A stretch of 64,000 bases of DNA from Phallusia mammillata (taxonomy: Eukaryota), in NCBI GenBank assembly GCA_965637545.1, contig OZ281494.1, positions 16,554,001-16,618,000 of the forward strand, read 5' to 3'. Both the position numbers and the translations under genes were made by a program. Under the pieces are notes generated by a model that was not told the DNA's origin, did not search any database, and saw only the letters and a program-made list of their open reading frames with translations. Shown piece after piece: positions 24,437 through 39,400 of this stretch. The first letter of the stretch is position 1, and every line of letters starts with the position of its first letter.

Positions 24437-27400
24437 ATGTCAAGACAATCACTGGCTGTGGAGAAAGATGAGGTAAATAGAGTTTATTGAAAACTTTGTA
24501 ACATGTAGTATCTATGTTGGTACTAAGAATGTACACAAAAAGTTTTGACTAGCTTGTCTCTGAAAGATATTGGAGATCAATGTTATAAATTTATTTGCAT
24601 GTATGTTCTCATGAAAAAACTCTTTTATAAAATACATGTGCATTTTTTTCCAAAACTTTTTGTTGTCATACTATTATTGTTTTTAATATACAATAAAGGT
24701 AAGCTTCTTCTATATATGAAAGAAACTTTACATTAAATTGCATTAAATTATAATCGAGACTTTTATTAAAGCCTGCATAGTTAAATTGTAGAAATTGAAC
24801 ATTTTTTAATGCAGCTTCGACCTCCACGGAAGAAGCAGCCTTCTGTCAATCTTGGAAGGCCTTCATACAACTACACGAAGACAGTTCAGGACCTTCAAAG
24901 TATGTAACATTTTTTAAATATGGACCAGGGTTTAATAATCATAATTCCTGGTTTTGGAAATCAACTATACATAGCATTTTCAGTGATCTTGTAAAAACAT
25001 GTAGGCACACATTCAGCTTCTAATTGGTTAGCTGCAAAATTGACAAACAGAAGGTACTAACAAAATGTAGATGATTCTAATATATGTGTGGCTCCTATAA
25101 CAGCGATATGTGTTGTAATACAAGTTTTATTGTCTTAAAAGATTACTTTTGTCATTGATTTAACAAACTCCTTATCAAAGTATCAATCTTATCCCAAAAG
25201 TGCTCAGAAAACTGTGAGATTTATGAATTTCGGTAGGCATTACATTGTTTAGTTTCTTTGACTGTGTAAAATAACATAAGTAGTGCATCTACCTTTTATA
25301 ACACAACCCTAATAATAATTTTGGTGGTTGGTTATCATTTGTGGGGATACAATAACGCAACACTGCGTCGCCCAGATCAGCCTTCGTATTGTTATCAAGC
25401 TCGCGAGGGCCCGCGATCTTTTGTGGTCACCATTCTTTGCCTATTGACTGGGCAGCAAAAAGTCAACACTCAAACCACTATGCAACTCTTTAGCCCAACC
25501 GGGGGCATGTTGAAACTTGTCACGTTCTGCCACTTGGCTGGGATTAGAGGCATCTTGTCCGCTTGGGTCATTAAACGCGCTGGACGCCAACTAACAACTG
25601 GTTACATGTCGATACGTGTTTGCTTACATTAAAGCCGATGGACCGTACTCGTTTGGAGTGGTAGCTCTTGATACAAAGGAGTATCTTGGAATCCATGTGC
25701 ACCCAGTGGGAAAATACAACTAATTAAATTTTCCTGCACTGAAAAAACCCACTTTATTGTTATCTAAATAGGCGAACGTTTAAATTTTGCTTGTGAATAA
25801 TTCAATACAAACACCCGGACCTTATGTGTGTTCATACTTTACGTATGTTTTATTTCATATTACTTTTAGCCGTTTTATTCTTGCCATTACTCAAGTTGCT
25901 GCACTTGTCAGTGATTTGATCCAGAAAAAGTTAGTTTAGGTCAAGGGCACTTAGACGATTTTCGGTTAACAATCTTAACAAAACTGAGATTTTCCAAAAG
26001 TATAGACAGAAGCTTTAAATCAGAACGCACTGATTGTTTTATAAGTGCCATAAAACAAACTTGTTGCCAGGGGCTTATGCATTTTGGAGAAAAAAAACAT
26101 ACTCTGTGGTTCATTGTAACAATAAACATAAGCTATTTAAACACACCTTTCATTGATACCAAAAATATCAATAAATGTTTCTATAAATCACGCCATTTAA
26201 GCACATTCCATGAAACTCTCTCTTTTCACATGTTTGTTTCAATTCGATTCAAACTCGCCGCCACAATTTTGTTAATCATTCACTTAAGAGTATACGTAAA
26301 GAGCAAACGTCTTCAAACATATTTTGTTTGCTGAGATAAGGAGGTCAGCCTCCGTGGTCCTGGCGGGATTGCAGACGCGTTTAAAGCCAATTTCAGGCAC
26401 GCTTAAAACGTTTACTGTAAACAGATTTTAACTGTATTTTTCGCACCTGCTATACTTCAGTTTAGACGTTTTGTACGTGGCCTTCCTTAACATAGGCGTA
26501 AAAGCTAAATTACTTTGAACCAAGTATTGCTTTAAAATAGACACGCTTGTCCTGAATTTGACGTAAATATGAAACGTTTTAGGTTATTTCATTCGTTTCT
26601 ATCGTTAATTTTTGTCCACCTTTATTTATTAGACATGGTAAACTACGTGTTAAATAGGTAAGCTAATGATAAATGGAATTTATGGAAACATTAGAAAACA
26701 TATCCTATATGGTCAAAACTATTTCCTGCAATTTTAAATCATTTAACACTTTCCCCCGAAATCATTTAACGATCGAACTGCAAAAAGTTTGAATTAAGCA
26801 TGTGTCATGTTACGAAATAAAACAATTGGAATTCGAACAATTTTTTTCGCCTCGCTGGTTTATCAACATCTACTCCCATCTATTGTCGCAAAGGCACACT
26901 CTCCGACTCTTCAAATCTTTTGTCCGTAAGCTCTGTTGTGGGTGCTATTTTTTCTCTTCTTGTTATCACTACTCACGATAGCTGTTCTAGTAGCTTTGCG
27001 CTGTTTATCCTCGTTGTGTTAATGCCGGCACCAGTCAATTGTTGGCACACTACAAATGGTAAAAAATATCACACATTTTCACGCTAATTGCCGCACATCC
27101 CCAAACACTGTAGAACATTTTAACGCCTGGTGGTTTTGATGATCCTGAGGTCATTTGTGGTAATTTCTAATGGGTCATTAGCTTTATTGTGCTTTTATGG
27201 GTGACTGTGTTGAGGCTATAATTGTTTGGTTTAGCAACGCGTATATAAACCGCTATAAAAATTGATGACTCATACTTTACATTATTTTATTGCCGATAGT
27301 TCGCAATGGTGTCCGGTACTAATCGTGATTTATACAGCATTTGTTCACAACATAAGATTTTAAATTTTTCTGCGGATTTATGTTTGAACTCAGCCCTGCG

Positions 27401-30400
27401 CTGTACTGTTTATGTAGCGCAATGTATGGTTTAAATTCGAACAACGGTATCACGCTTTAGCCAACTTCTCAAACATTGCCCCTTCCAAAACGGTATCACG
27501 TTACTTCTTTGTTGTCAAAATTACCAGAATTTTATCGTCATTTTCAGCTTCGGACGCCTAATGGTTTATTTTTGTTTTTCAGATGAACAAATGAACGTTC
27601 AGAAACGGACCTTTACAAGATGGATGAACGCTTACCTATGCAAAGTCAGCTACTATAAAATCACAACAATATCATTTATTTTAAGTTTTCGTTTTTGCGA
27701 TAAGCAATTTACCACCAAAAATCTTTCAAATATGCGAATGCCTAGATATCACTGTTGGTTTTTGTAATAAAATGATCGCTTTTATGAAAATGGATACCAA
27801 TGCCGTTTTAAGGACATTTTTTTTGCAAACGCCTGACCGTGGTTGATTAATGCTCGCACATGTTTTGCATCACGAAATACATCGTGACACTTATTGTTTT
27901 GTTACGGTGTTTGAGCGCCTGCCAACCGACTTTTTTACTGGATTTGAAGCCAGGACTTTTTCGTGTACGAATCTCGGCCACGATTGTTATGTCTGTACCA
28001 TTCGCCCAGTTCCTGCCAATTTTAAAACTTTGGATCTAATGCTTGTGAATAAATTGTTTCAGTGGCGCCCTCCAATGGAAGTTACTGATCTCTTCAAGGA
28101 CATCAAGGATGGAACGAAACTTATTGCGTTACTTCAACTTCTCTCTGGACACAGACTGGTATTATTCGATGTGAAACTAAACATGCTAATATGCATTCTT
28201 GCAAAAATGTAACATTTCTAACATCAGATTCCCCCCTTTCCTTGTTAAATCGTTTCTTTCTTAAGCTTATTTCATGCAAGCAAGTTTTTGATGTTTTTTA
28301 GCATGCTGAATCGGGAAGAAAGTTGAAAAGGATTCATCACATCAGCAACGTACAGAAAGCCCTTGAATTTTTGGAGTCCAAAAAGGTAAGGGCAAAAACA
28401 TAGCAATGAAATAACAATTAAAACGTAAATTAGGGAAGACCATAAGCAACTTTTGCTCATGAAAAACAAACAAACAAACAAAAAAAGGTTGGTAAATGCA
28501 TCATGAATGGTCTTTGTAAATCTTGTTAATATGCATCTTATTGTAATTTTAGTTGAAATTGGTCAACATAAACCCCACTGACATCGTAGACGGCAAACCT
28601 TCGATCGTTCTCGGACTTTTGTGGACTATCATTCTTTATTTCCAGGTAATTGTGCAACTGTCAGTGTCCAATTTCTGTTTAAGATTACATAATCCCAGTC
28701 TAAACAGTAACAATTTGTATGCAAAAGTTTGTTTGTGAAAAGTTGACATTTTAAGTTGCAAAATATATACTATAAGTATGGAGGAACCTGCTTGCGAATG
28801 TTTGATGTTATCGCATGTAAACTTTGTTGTTGTTGTATGTTGTCTGTGCTGCTTTTAACTCCCACCGCTACTTCGTTGCTTTCGGATCTGCCATCTGTAA
28901 GAAGTTCAAATCTTCTTACAGCCCACTACTACCAACACAACTAACGGGTCGCCATTCTTATCATATGTTTCCCCATTATAATATTATATCTAATAGGGCA
29001 AAACTGGTTTCGGTAAAATGTACAAATTATCAACGGTTCTAAAGGTTAAAACTATAGATTAACGATTTGCTGCGTTATAAGCCCCTTTTTGCTAGCAGGT
29101 GCCAATCCTATTTAGTTAAACTTTTGTACTCCTAAACTTTAATGAAAAGCTACTGTTGATATAAAACGGCCTTCATCTTTTGTGTTTGTAAATGAAGATT
29201 CGCCAGACCCTCCTCCCAATGTTACCGGTAAGTGCCACGTCATCACTGCATGTTGCTATGACGTCACCCTTAATTGCACGTCACTTATCAAATAAAAAGA
29301 GCAGCTGAAACAATTGCTCATTAAGCCGTATCACATTGTAAAATGATGTCGTTAAAGCACCGTATGTACTGTGTATGCATATTTCGTGTTTGATGTGGCT
29401 CACTAATCATATCCTTTTTGGTGTATTTTGGAGTTTCCAGAAGTTTTTTGCGTCTAGTGGTAAGCTTTTATTTGACACACATTCTTGACACCAACTGTTA
29501 AATCAAGTACCCAAACGATCGTTTTATATCCTAAAGACGTTTAACTTGTAATTGCACTAACCTACCATTGTTGTAAGTTTGTAACAGCATGCTTTCTGTA
29601 ATTGTGTCATACCTGGCGTTCAAACATGGAAAGCAATCATGATATTTTCTATAAACGCTAAGCAAAACAACATACAAAACTTACACGTTTTTTAATTATT
29701 CACTTTCATTCCAAACAACATTGTTATTCCAAATATTACGTTTTCATTTTAAGTAAAACATTAAATAGCATAGTCATTTCGATGAACTCTTCAGTATAAT
29801 ATTGCCTAAAACCCATATTTGGTAACGTTTTATGTACGGTTTTATGCGCTGGTCAAATAATTTGCGAAATTTGTAAAACGAATTTTTTTTTGGCGAAATT
29901 CGTTTTTCGTTCTAGATTACGGTTAACATGTTAGCTAATGCCTTTTTTATTCGTTTTGTCATATTTTAGTGTACTAGGACACAGACTCATAAACAGTTTT
30001 GGAAATGTGAAGAAACTCACGAAGTTTTTATTACTTTTACTTAGTTGTAATCTTTGTACAAAAACTATCAATTACTAGATTGAGGAAATCACCAACAACT
30101 TGGCGTTATCCGGCGAACTTTCTGGAAGCACATCCAGTCTGGATAGTTGTGTTGGTGCGGATGATGGTGCTCCTCCTCCCAAACAGAGAAAGGGAGCAAA
30201 AGCGAAGTGGCAAGGAGCGGCAAAAAAGGCTCTTCTTGCCTGGGTTAAAAGGAAAACGAAAAAGTAAGTTTGACAAACGTATTGAAAAAGCAATTATGCC
30301 CGAGAATTTAGGATGTGTTTCTAAAATCTTAATAAATCTTCACACTCTGTGAAGATTTGTCAAATTATAAACGTAGGAGGACTGACTTGTTTAGGCCATT

Positions 30401-33400
30401 TTTTTCAACGATGAACTGAATTTATAATTCAGTCTTAAAGCATATCTTTCATTTATACTTTATCGAATAAAAAGTTTTGTGCTGTTGTGGCACTAAACAT
30501 TTCTATTAACATTCGTCGTTTTATTGGTAGGAAGTGAACTATATTTCATGTAAAATGCAAATGAAATTGCCCTTCACCGCATCGAACGCGTTTACAAGTA
30601 GAATAAAGTAGCTGATAACTTTCAAACAGATGGATCCGTTGGGTTTATACAATTACCTTTAAGCTAAATTTGCCAATTAGATACACAATCACCAAGCTAT
30701 GAAAACAAAACAAACCACTTTTCTTTTGATTTGCCAGCAAACCACCAGAGTTGGATGTAGCTGTTCGTGACTTTGGTCCATCATGGCGAGACGGCCGTGC
30801 TTTCCACAGTATGATCCACACCATCGATCCAAACCTGGTGGATGTCGATCGAATACGACGCGTTACGAACCGAGAGAACTTAGAAAATGCGTTCGACACC
30901 GCCCAGCAACACCTAGGAATACCCAGACTTTTGGATCCTGACGGTAAAGTTGTTATCTCGATATTACTGTAATGTTAGGTAGTTTTTTTAAGCGCAATTG
31001 TGTTGGTACGTTGAAAGCATTTGTCTCGCGTTTTAAATAAATCAATTGTATGTTTAGGCTAAATTAAAATTAACAAGCAACAAAATAAAATAGAGAACGT
31101 AGGACTCGAATCCTAAAGCAAAGTATTCAACATAGAATTCCGAGTCTAGGATTCGAATCCAAACGCAAACTATTCGAGTCCTGGGTTGTATCATGTTTCG
31201 CAAAATACACTTATTTTCGGTTTGAAATAAATGGCCGTTTTCTGATGACTGCGTTTTCGCGTGATAAACACACGCACACAGACATTATTTTGTTGATCTG
31301 TCGTGTTTAAAAAGAATTGCCAGTAGCAGTTCCCGTTGCTAAAACAATGGCTTTAAAATGCATGTATACCTGCCACTTCAGCATCCTGCTTATTAAGCGC
31401 GGGTTAAAGGTCACAAACTTGCGTTCTTGGAAATCGGGCAAACATGTAGAAAGTCTGAACACTGCAATGTAAATTTGTAAACAAATTATATGATATTGGT
31501 TGGTTCACTTTGTGGAAAGGTAAAAAATATAGAATATGGTTCGTTGTCCTGGATTAGCTGTTTTTAATCTTTGTGGGAAAATTTTGTCGAATCACTGTAA
31601 CGATTTATTCACAGTATATTCTAGAATAGTACAGCACCATTCTGAACTGCCCATCCTTGCACCCCTGCACAGCGCGTTTTGACAAAAATTTCTCATATAT
31701 ACACAAAAAAACCAATCTGGGCGAATTGGGTAGGCGAAATAAAGTTACTAGCGATTGCCGGGATGTCAAACGTGTTATCGATTGATTGTCATAAAACACT
31801 TGACTATTTATATTCCCACCAATAGTCATTCAATCCTACTCGCGTTATCTACTTAACTGTCAAGCAAAATATGTAAACATAGTAACCTATATAGCGTGAT
31901 TGCAGCATCGTTTTTGCGAATGTTTTTCAATGCAGGTTTTAAAGAAAACCATTTGCGACTTTAAACTTAGGTCTTGCGTTTACTGTTCTTGTCACAATGA
32001 GACAAAATGTTGCATGAGTTGTTTCTGTTTTTCTGCGTGTCTTTAAATATCAAATTGGGGTGTAACCAAGTTGTGAAAAATGTCTTTTTAACCGGGCCAT
32101 GACTTTTTGACCAGTTTTTCCGCAAGGATAGCTTATTGTGGAGAATAATCCTGAACATTTAGTTTTTCACCAAGGAATTGAAACACATTCTTTTTTTACT
32201 TAATGAAAAAATACTGCCACTTTTCCCGCAAGTGCATGTAAAAACAATGTAACAAAATTAACCTTCGAAAGAGTACCATATGTGACTTCATTTGTTGACG
32301 TTGCGATGTTGCCATTTTCTGTCAAAAAGTTGATCAATCACTTTTTGCCTTGATATGTTGATAACCAATTAAAAATACCTGTTGTAACTGGTGGGGTAAA
32401 CAGTTACTTGGATCAGGCAAATTTACTTTGAAAACTTTGCTCAAAATATTGTTTGATAATTAAATCGTCAATCGCGGTTTAATTTAATTTGTAATGTTTG
32501 TATTTAAATTGTTTAAGCACTTAAACTGTTAGGTATTTAGGATTTTGTTACTAGAAATATCGATTAAAGCAAGTCAATTTCGGAGCTCCCTATTGTCCAG
32601 TTGAATTAAGTACTCCGGTTTCCTTGAATCGCTTCAGAAATTGGCGTTCAGCGTGGTATGGATTTACACATTGAATATTAAGTCCAATCTGGTATAAAGT
32701 GACACAGACGTAATTTAATTCACAATTCAGAATCGGTCGGTGCTGATATTTAAGCCCTTTTATATTAAAGCGTTGTTTTGTATTGTGTTTGTAATCGTTC
32801 GTTGTAGCCTTTGCCGAAAGAGCACAACAGACAACAACGGTAAAATCTACAAAGTCAAACCAATTCAAGTTGAAATACTAGCATATTAAGCATAACCTAA
32901 ACTTCAAGATTGCACATCAATGATTTTGACTTCCCAAATAAAAATACGGTTTTTACCCTCATCGAAATATTCTTGGGAAGAACTTTGTGATAGGTTTGCG
33001 GAACGTCAACACGCATTGGATGATCTTAAAGTTTTATTTCGTAATTAAAAAAGTCAATTTAAATTTAGGTTGATTTTTTGCACTTTTTGTTGCAAGTTAA
33101 TAAATGTAAGGTAATTTCACACTCGTCGTTTAAAGGCTTATTGGCGTAATATTGCATGATATTATTTCCATTCACTTGCTTGTTCTACTGAAGTGTATAA
33201 AAACCGCCAAAGCAAACCGCACGTACAGAGTAGAAATACTCGCGTAGGTAGTTTACTCTCGTCGTTGCGACTTAACAATACAATGAATTGTCGCCCGTCA
33301 AATCAACTTGGTTACCGGATAAGCTTTGTTACGTTGATAATGGATCAATCGCAGCTATTGTCAATTTCCGCGTGGTTTTGATCACGTGACTCGCCGAGCT

Positions 33401-36400
33401 ATTGTGCAAAGTCGGAGAAACTTGTGTTTTCAATTGTTGCGCTATACGAGTTGTGGTTGAAACAATTCTACTTTGCCATAACGTTGAACGTAGAATTTCG
33501 GAGTAAAAAGAGTTTTGGAATGTTGTACAAGTTTTGTGCCTTGAAAAAACATCGATAAAATAATGTTTGACGCCTTTTGTTCAGTGTATTTTGGTAGATC
33601 ATTCGGAATTTGTCAGAATGGCACTATGGCACTGAATTCTTGTAAACCAGTGGTTCTTAACCTTTTTCCTTGCTGCACCACTTTTAAATCACCAACCAAT
33701 TTTCGCACCCTCTTCTGTTATTGCTCAAATAACAAAACCATTGTAATTCAATTTTTATACAAGCATCCTCGCATCCCCTACGAACAGTTCTCGCACCACT
33801 TGGGGGTGCGTGCACCTCTGGTTAAGAACCCCTGTTGTAACGTTGAAATACACAAATTGAAACATAAATTACTCGTTGAAGGCCTAAATGCTAAACAACA
33901 CCAACTTTACATTGTAGTTGTTTTATTCAAATGTTGAGTTGCCTAGTTTAGAGTTTTGCCGTTTAATTACATAAACTTGTGACAACTTATTTATGTTGTA
34001 ATTGTGACAGATGTTGATGTGGATCGACCTGACGAGAAGTCAATTATGACGTACGTGGCTCAGTTCGTCAAACAATATGGAACTGTTGGAGAGGAAGGTC
34101 ACGAAACTCCTCAGGTAAGTTTTTTTGGACATGAATCAATATTACTTCTGGATTGTGACAAATAGCCCAGTATATGTCATATTCAAATCAGTTGTTTCAT
34201 TTCATTTCAAGCCCAAGTTAGTGTTTGGTGTTCACAAAAACTTATTGCTACAAAATTAATACATGACTCCCAGCTTGACTAACAAAAAAGCTCAAGGATT
34301 GTTACAAAACTTTACCAATCAAAACTTGTTAGAAAAACGGGGAAAATATGTACAAAAGCACAAGTCAAACTGGTTTAAATCTGTCGGGGAAGGCACTCTT
34401 ATTATTTTGACTTTCGGGGAAGGCAGTCTTATTGTTTTGGGTCAGAAAATTTTAAGGATTGTTACAACTCTTTAACAACTGTAACCTAGTAGAAAAACAG
34501 GAAAAATACGTACAGAAGCAAAATAATCAAACTGGTATGGAGAATTTGTGGGAAGCTTGTAACCAATGGTAGTTTTATTGTTTTGGGTCTGAAAGAAAGT
34601 TTTCTAGTATTATGTCTTGAAGCCTGTGTCCATGTATGCCGACACCAGGATACTGGTTTCGTTAAATTTATTATAGTTCTGTTGTGTACACTAACATCTT
34701 TGTTTTGTACCAGGTTGATGAGGACGTGATACAATACGAGGATTTGATGTCGTGGCTTTCTGATGCCGACTCGACTTTACGTGACGTTCACAGGAAGCAC
34801 AAATACCGTCAACAAGATTATCTTCATCATCGAAGTTTTAAAACAGAGCTTGAACACAAAAAGGATCTGGTATGTTACAAATCATGTGAACCCTAAGTAA
34901 ACGCACTTGGCCATAAAAGCTGTAAAACAACACTGTTTGTACTTTGAATTTAACGCCATGCCAAACAAAAATAGGCTTACTTAAGCAAGACCGTACAGGT
35001 GGCATTTCTTCCTTAAGATCACTGATTTAAGAAAATGCAACACAGTTTTATTTTGTTCAGGTTGTGTTGCGTCGAAATTACGTGCTTACTTTTGTTTTAG
35101 ATAAAGGCGCTTCACGAGAAATGGTCGGCAGGTGGCGCTGCAAACGTTTCTGAGGAGCAAATGAACGCCATGGGAGAATTACTGCAGAAAATTGACGATA
35201 TGTCAAAGGTTGGTTATTGGTTTGTGCAAAGGCACGCAGGGAGAGTGTATGTTCTTGCAGCAGTCGTAAAGGACTCCTGATTTTTAACCGTTTAGTTCAG
35301 TATTACAAACTAATTTTGGGTTTTTTTTACTTATGTTCATTTTCATCGTCCATAAACTCGTTTTTTATTTTAAACAGAAATGGCATCGTGAGTTGGACAG
35401 CGTCCTTCCCGGTCAACTCGGCGAGGTTGGAGCTTGGCTTCACAAGGCTGAAGCTGCTGTTGCTGAGGCCGAGTATGATGATGACCATAGTGATGACGAG
35501 TTAATTGCTGACATCATCAAGCAACAGTTGGACGACCATCGGGTCAGTCACTAAAACTCTTTATTTTAGTTCACGTTTGTTCACGGGTTTTTGTCATCAA
35601 TAAAAGTTTACTAACTTGCCTGTGTGCATTATTTGGTTCTGTAACCTTTGGTGTTTCACACTTACCTAACTTTATAACTACTTGCTTTTAGGCGATTTTC
35701 AAGGACATGAACGGAATGGTTCAGGCGTTTCAGCGGATGAGACGTGCGCACAGGTTTTCTGGACATTCCATTCCTCTCGAACAACTCGAAGATATGTCCA
35801 ACCGCTTTGCAGGTGTGTTGAAATACATGACTGTTTCAAACTACCTACCTTTAAAATTCATTAGTAACCAAGTCAAAATTTCAGCACTTACTACCGTTTC
35901 CACGCAACGAGCAGCACAACTCGAATTCGCACAAACTAAACACCGACTCCTGGCTCAGTTAAACAACGCCGATCAAATGGTGGCAGGGTGGACTGTGCGA
36001 TATGGAGACAGAGAAAATGTTGATGAACTGCTTCAAAACTACGTGGTATGAATTCAAAGCGAAAAAAGAATTTTCTTTCTGTATTGGACCTGTATGTCGT
36101 ATTTTCGATTACAAGTACACAATTGGTTAGAGCAGTGTTTCCCAACCTATGGGTCGCGACCTAAAGTTGGGTCGCCTGTAAATTCTGTTGGGTCGCCAGT
36201 TTTTGTGACAAACGTGAGGCAATTTTGAGGGGACCGCGAGGCGATTGAAGTAATTCTATAATCTTATTTGGCGTCAGTTTGTGCCACTAAATAAGTTTAA
36301 ATCAAAGTAGAATTGAGAATCGACTGTCTTCATTGCTAAACAATGGCCTTTATTGAATGACAACTATAATAAATGCAATTGTTCGCGCACAATCGTAAGG

Positions 36401-39400
36401 TTTTCGTCCTGTTTGTGATGTCACATGCTGTCTTTGGATGATTGTTATGCGCCTGGCTAAAATCCTGCAATCAACTTTTGTTTTTATGAAATACACATTT
36501 AGGCTTAAGGACCGCGAGCCCTCGAAATAATGGCAAGGGGACCGTTTAGAAAAAAATATGAAAAAGTTTGGGAACCACTGGGTTAGAGCATGCTTAGCAT
36601 TGTGCCAAACCCTATATGTTTTGGCGGTCATTCGAAGTTTTATTTTCCTGCTTCATTTCTTCGCATGTAAACTGCTTAATAACCGCTAAAAAGGTATTTA
36701 GTGAACATTTTTCAAAACCGTATTTGTTTTGTTTTAGTTAAACACCCATTCCGATTAAACACGTTTTAGGTTGTAAAATTGACATTGCGCGACTGTGTGT
36801 TCACAATCTCCACTGCTTAGGATTTAGCTAATAATTTTATTTCATGTATTTCCAGGACAACGTCGAAAAGCGTCGTGTGGTTGACCGATTAGAATTTGCC
36901 GCTTCTAAGGCGCGTAAGGATGGTGACGCTTATCTTCTTTGTGACGAAACAATGTCTGACGTCGGCAGAGAGGCTGTACGAAAATTTCTTTCCGACAAGG
37001 AGGAACAGGTACAAAAATTATCAAATTTCCAAATCAATCAATTTTATTTCAATGATTTGTGTTTAGTTGTATTCACTATTACCTTATTCACTTGTTTTAA
37101 TTGCATAACGCCTTCAGACAAAAGCTGTGTGTTCCGAGATCTTAGAAGCACGAAAACAACTGGAAGAGGCAGCGGAGAAATGGAGGGAATATGAAGAAAG
37201 TAAAGAGAGTTTTCAACCGTGGCTGTTGAAAGCAGAAAGTGTTCTTCTTGCTCCGGAACAGGAAAGAATTGTAAGTCGTTCACCTCATACAAAGTTCTCT
37301 GTAACGAATTATGTCCCATGTTATTGAAAAACGTGAACCAAGCGAATAATGTTTGGACATACATTTGTGTTTTATGCGCGTATTATTTTTAAACTCAGAC
37401 ATCATTTTTGCTGGCTTGTTACGGTTTTACAGAAATTATGCGAAGAAAGGTATTCGATGAAGGGTATTTAGATTTAACAGAGTATAAGAGGCCATGTATT
37501 ATCGAATTAAAGGTGTGCTCTTACTAAACTGGAGTATAAAATATTGAAGCTTTTTTCTGTTTTAAAGGCATTCTTTAAGGACTGGAAACGCTGGAACGAG
37601 GTTTACAATATTATGAATGAAAGTGGAGAATATCTCGCCGAAATTTGCGACGACGAAGTAGCAGAGGCGATCGACCATGATATGGATGTACTTGCATCAC
37701 CTGCATCCCGGGTTCTAGAGGAGTGCGGAAAGATGATGAAAAGGGAAGAGGTTGCTAAGCGACAGGGGGATTTTGAAGCTGGAGTGGAAAGCCTCCATGA
37801 ATGGCTGAATAACGTTGAAGGAGAATTAAAGCAATCTCTTCCAGCTGAATATAGCTCAATTAAGGGACATTTACAGGACTTGGAGGTAGTTGGTCGTTTT
37901 GTACTTTGATGGAATAAAGCAAATTCTCAAACTTAGGACACCAATAGGTTTTAAGAGTCTTTCAAAAAATCCTTTTTTGCAGAGGTCAACACAAATGTGT
38001 ATGATCATGAAATGCTTGTTGGCATTACAACGCCAAAACACAACCTTGACCTTGCCTGTTACCAAAAACAGCCACTACATAACGTTGCAGACTAATTTAT
38101 TTGAACTGTTTGTGTATTAGCCTGCAAAGCGCGCTGCCGAAAGTTAGTTTGTTAGTGTGGCACTAGCCTAAAAAGTTTGACACCATAATGTTGCATGTTT
38201 TAAAATGAACTTAATTTGGAATAATTTTGTTACACAACTGTACTAGTATTTTTGTCAATTTCAAAAATGTTTAATTTTTTACCATCAACCAAACAAGGAA
38301 CACTTTAGTAAAAAATGAAAGTAATTAAGTTTTTTTTTAATAAATTGTATTTCGTGCTTAGGAAATCAATGAGGAGACGACTCGAGTTGAGGACCAGTTT
38401 AAGGATTTGAGTAAAATCGCTCAAACTCTCGTAAAAGACACACCTGCTGAAGATGTGGATGTAATGTTGAAGACGATGACGGACGTCAAAGATCGGCTTT
38501 TGCAGGTCAGAAATTGTATCCACAACGTTAAACCATGAGCTCAACATATAAAATAGTTACCTGATGTGATTTACAATTCTCCTGCATGATTCTGAACAGC
38601 TGTTTTGTTGTTGTGACACAAGCGCATTTTACCTGTGATATGTATTTTATATTAGTGTTAGTAGCAAGTTTCTTTCCTCAGTACGAAATTTCATTTTACA
38701 TCATTCATGATGTTATGTTACCGTCTGATTGACTTACAATATTTCCCGCCCTAATCCTGCTATCCGATTTGGCGATTTTTTTTTATTCTTCTTGTTTTGT
38801 ACTGCTCAGGTGGTCAGGTATGCCCATTATTAGTCACATGAAATTTTTATCATGTGAAACTGGTTTTGCCGTTTGTATTCCTGGATGAATTCTGTGTTAA
38901 AAGTTTAAAAGCAAATCCCTTTTGGCCAACTGTGTGATCAGTCTCATTGAGTTGAAAGCAAATGTATTATAATGTTTTCAGGTTCGTCGCACTGTCACCA
39001 AACACTCCAACAATTACGGCGACATGCTGGAGCCTGTTCAGACGGTTGATGTTGATCTTGAATCACTCAACGATTGGTTGGATGAAGCCGATCGCCTGCT
39101 GACGTCATACGCCAACCCAGAGACCGACGTGGAATCCCAATTCCAATCACACCAAGTTAGTTTTAAGCTGCTAATAAGTCTTTCTGTTTTGTTGGACAAT
39201 GTTTGCGAAAAAATAAACATGTATTATATTTTTAGTTACTAACGTTTCTATGTTGTGCAGAAATTCTTTGCTGGCACTGACCAACAACTGCAAAAGCTTG
39301 GTCGGATAAGCACAAACCTTGCTCGCATCCGAAAACTTAGTACCCCAGGTGCGATATCTTGTATTTAGTCCACTTTTAATCAAAATTTATTCGTTTGACT

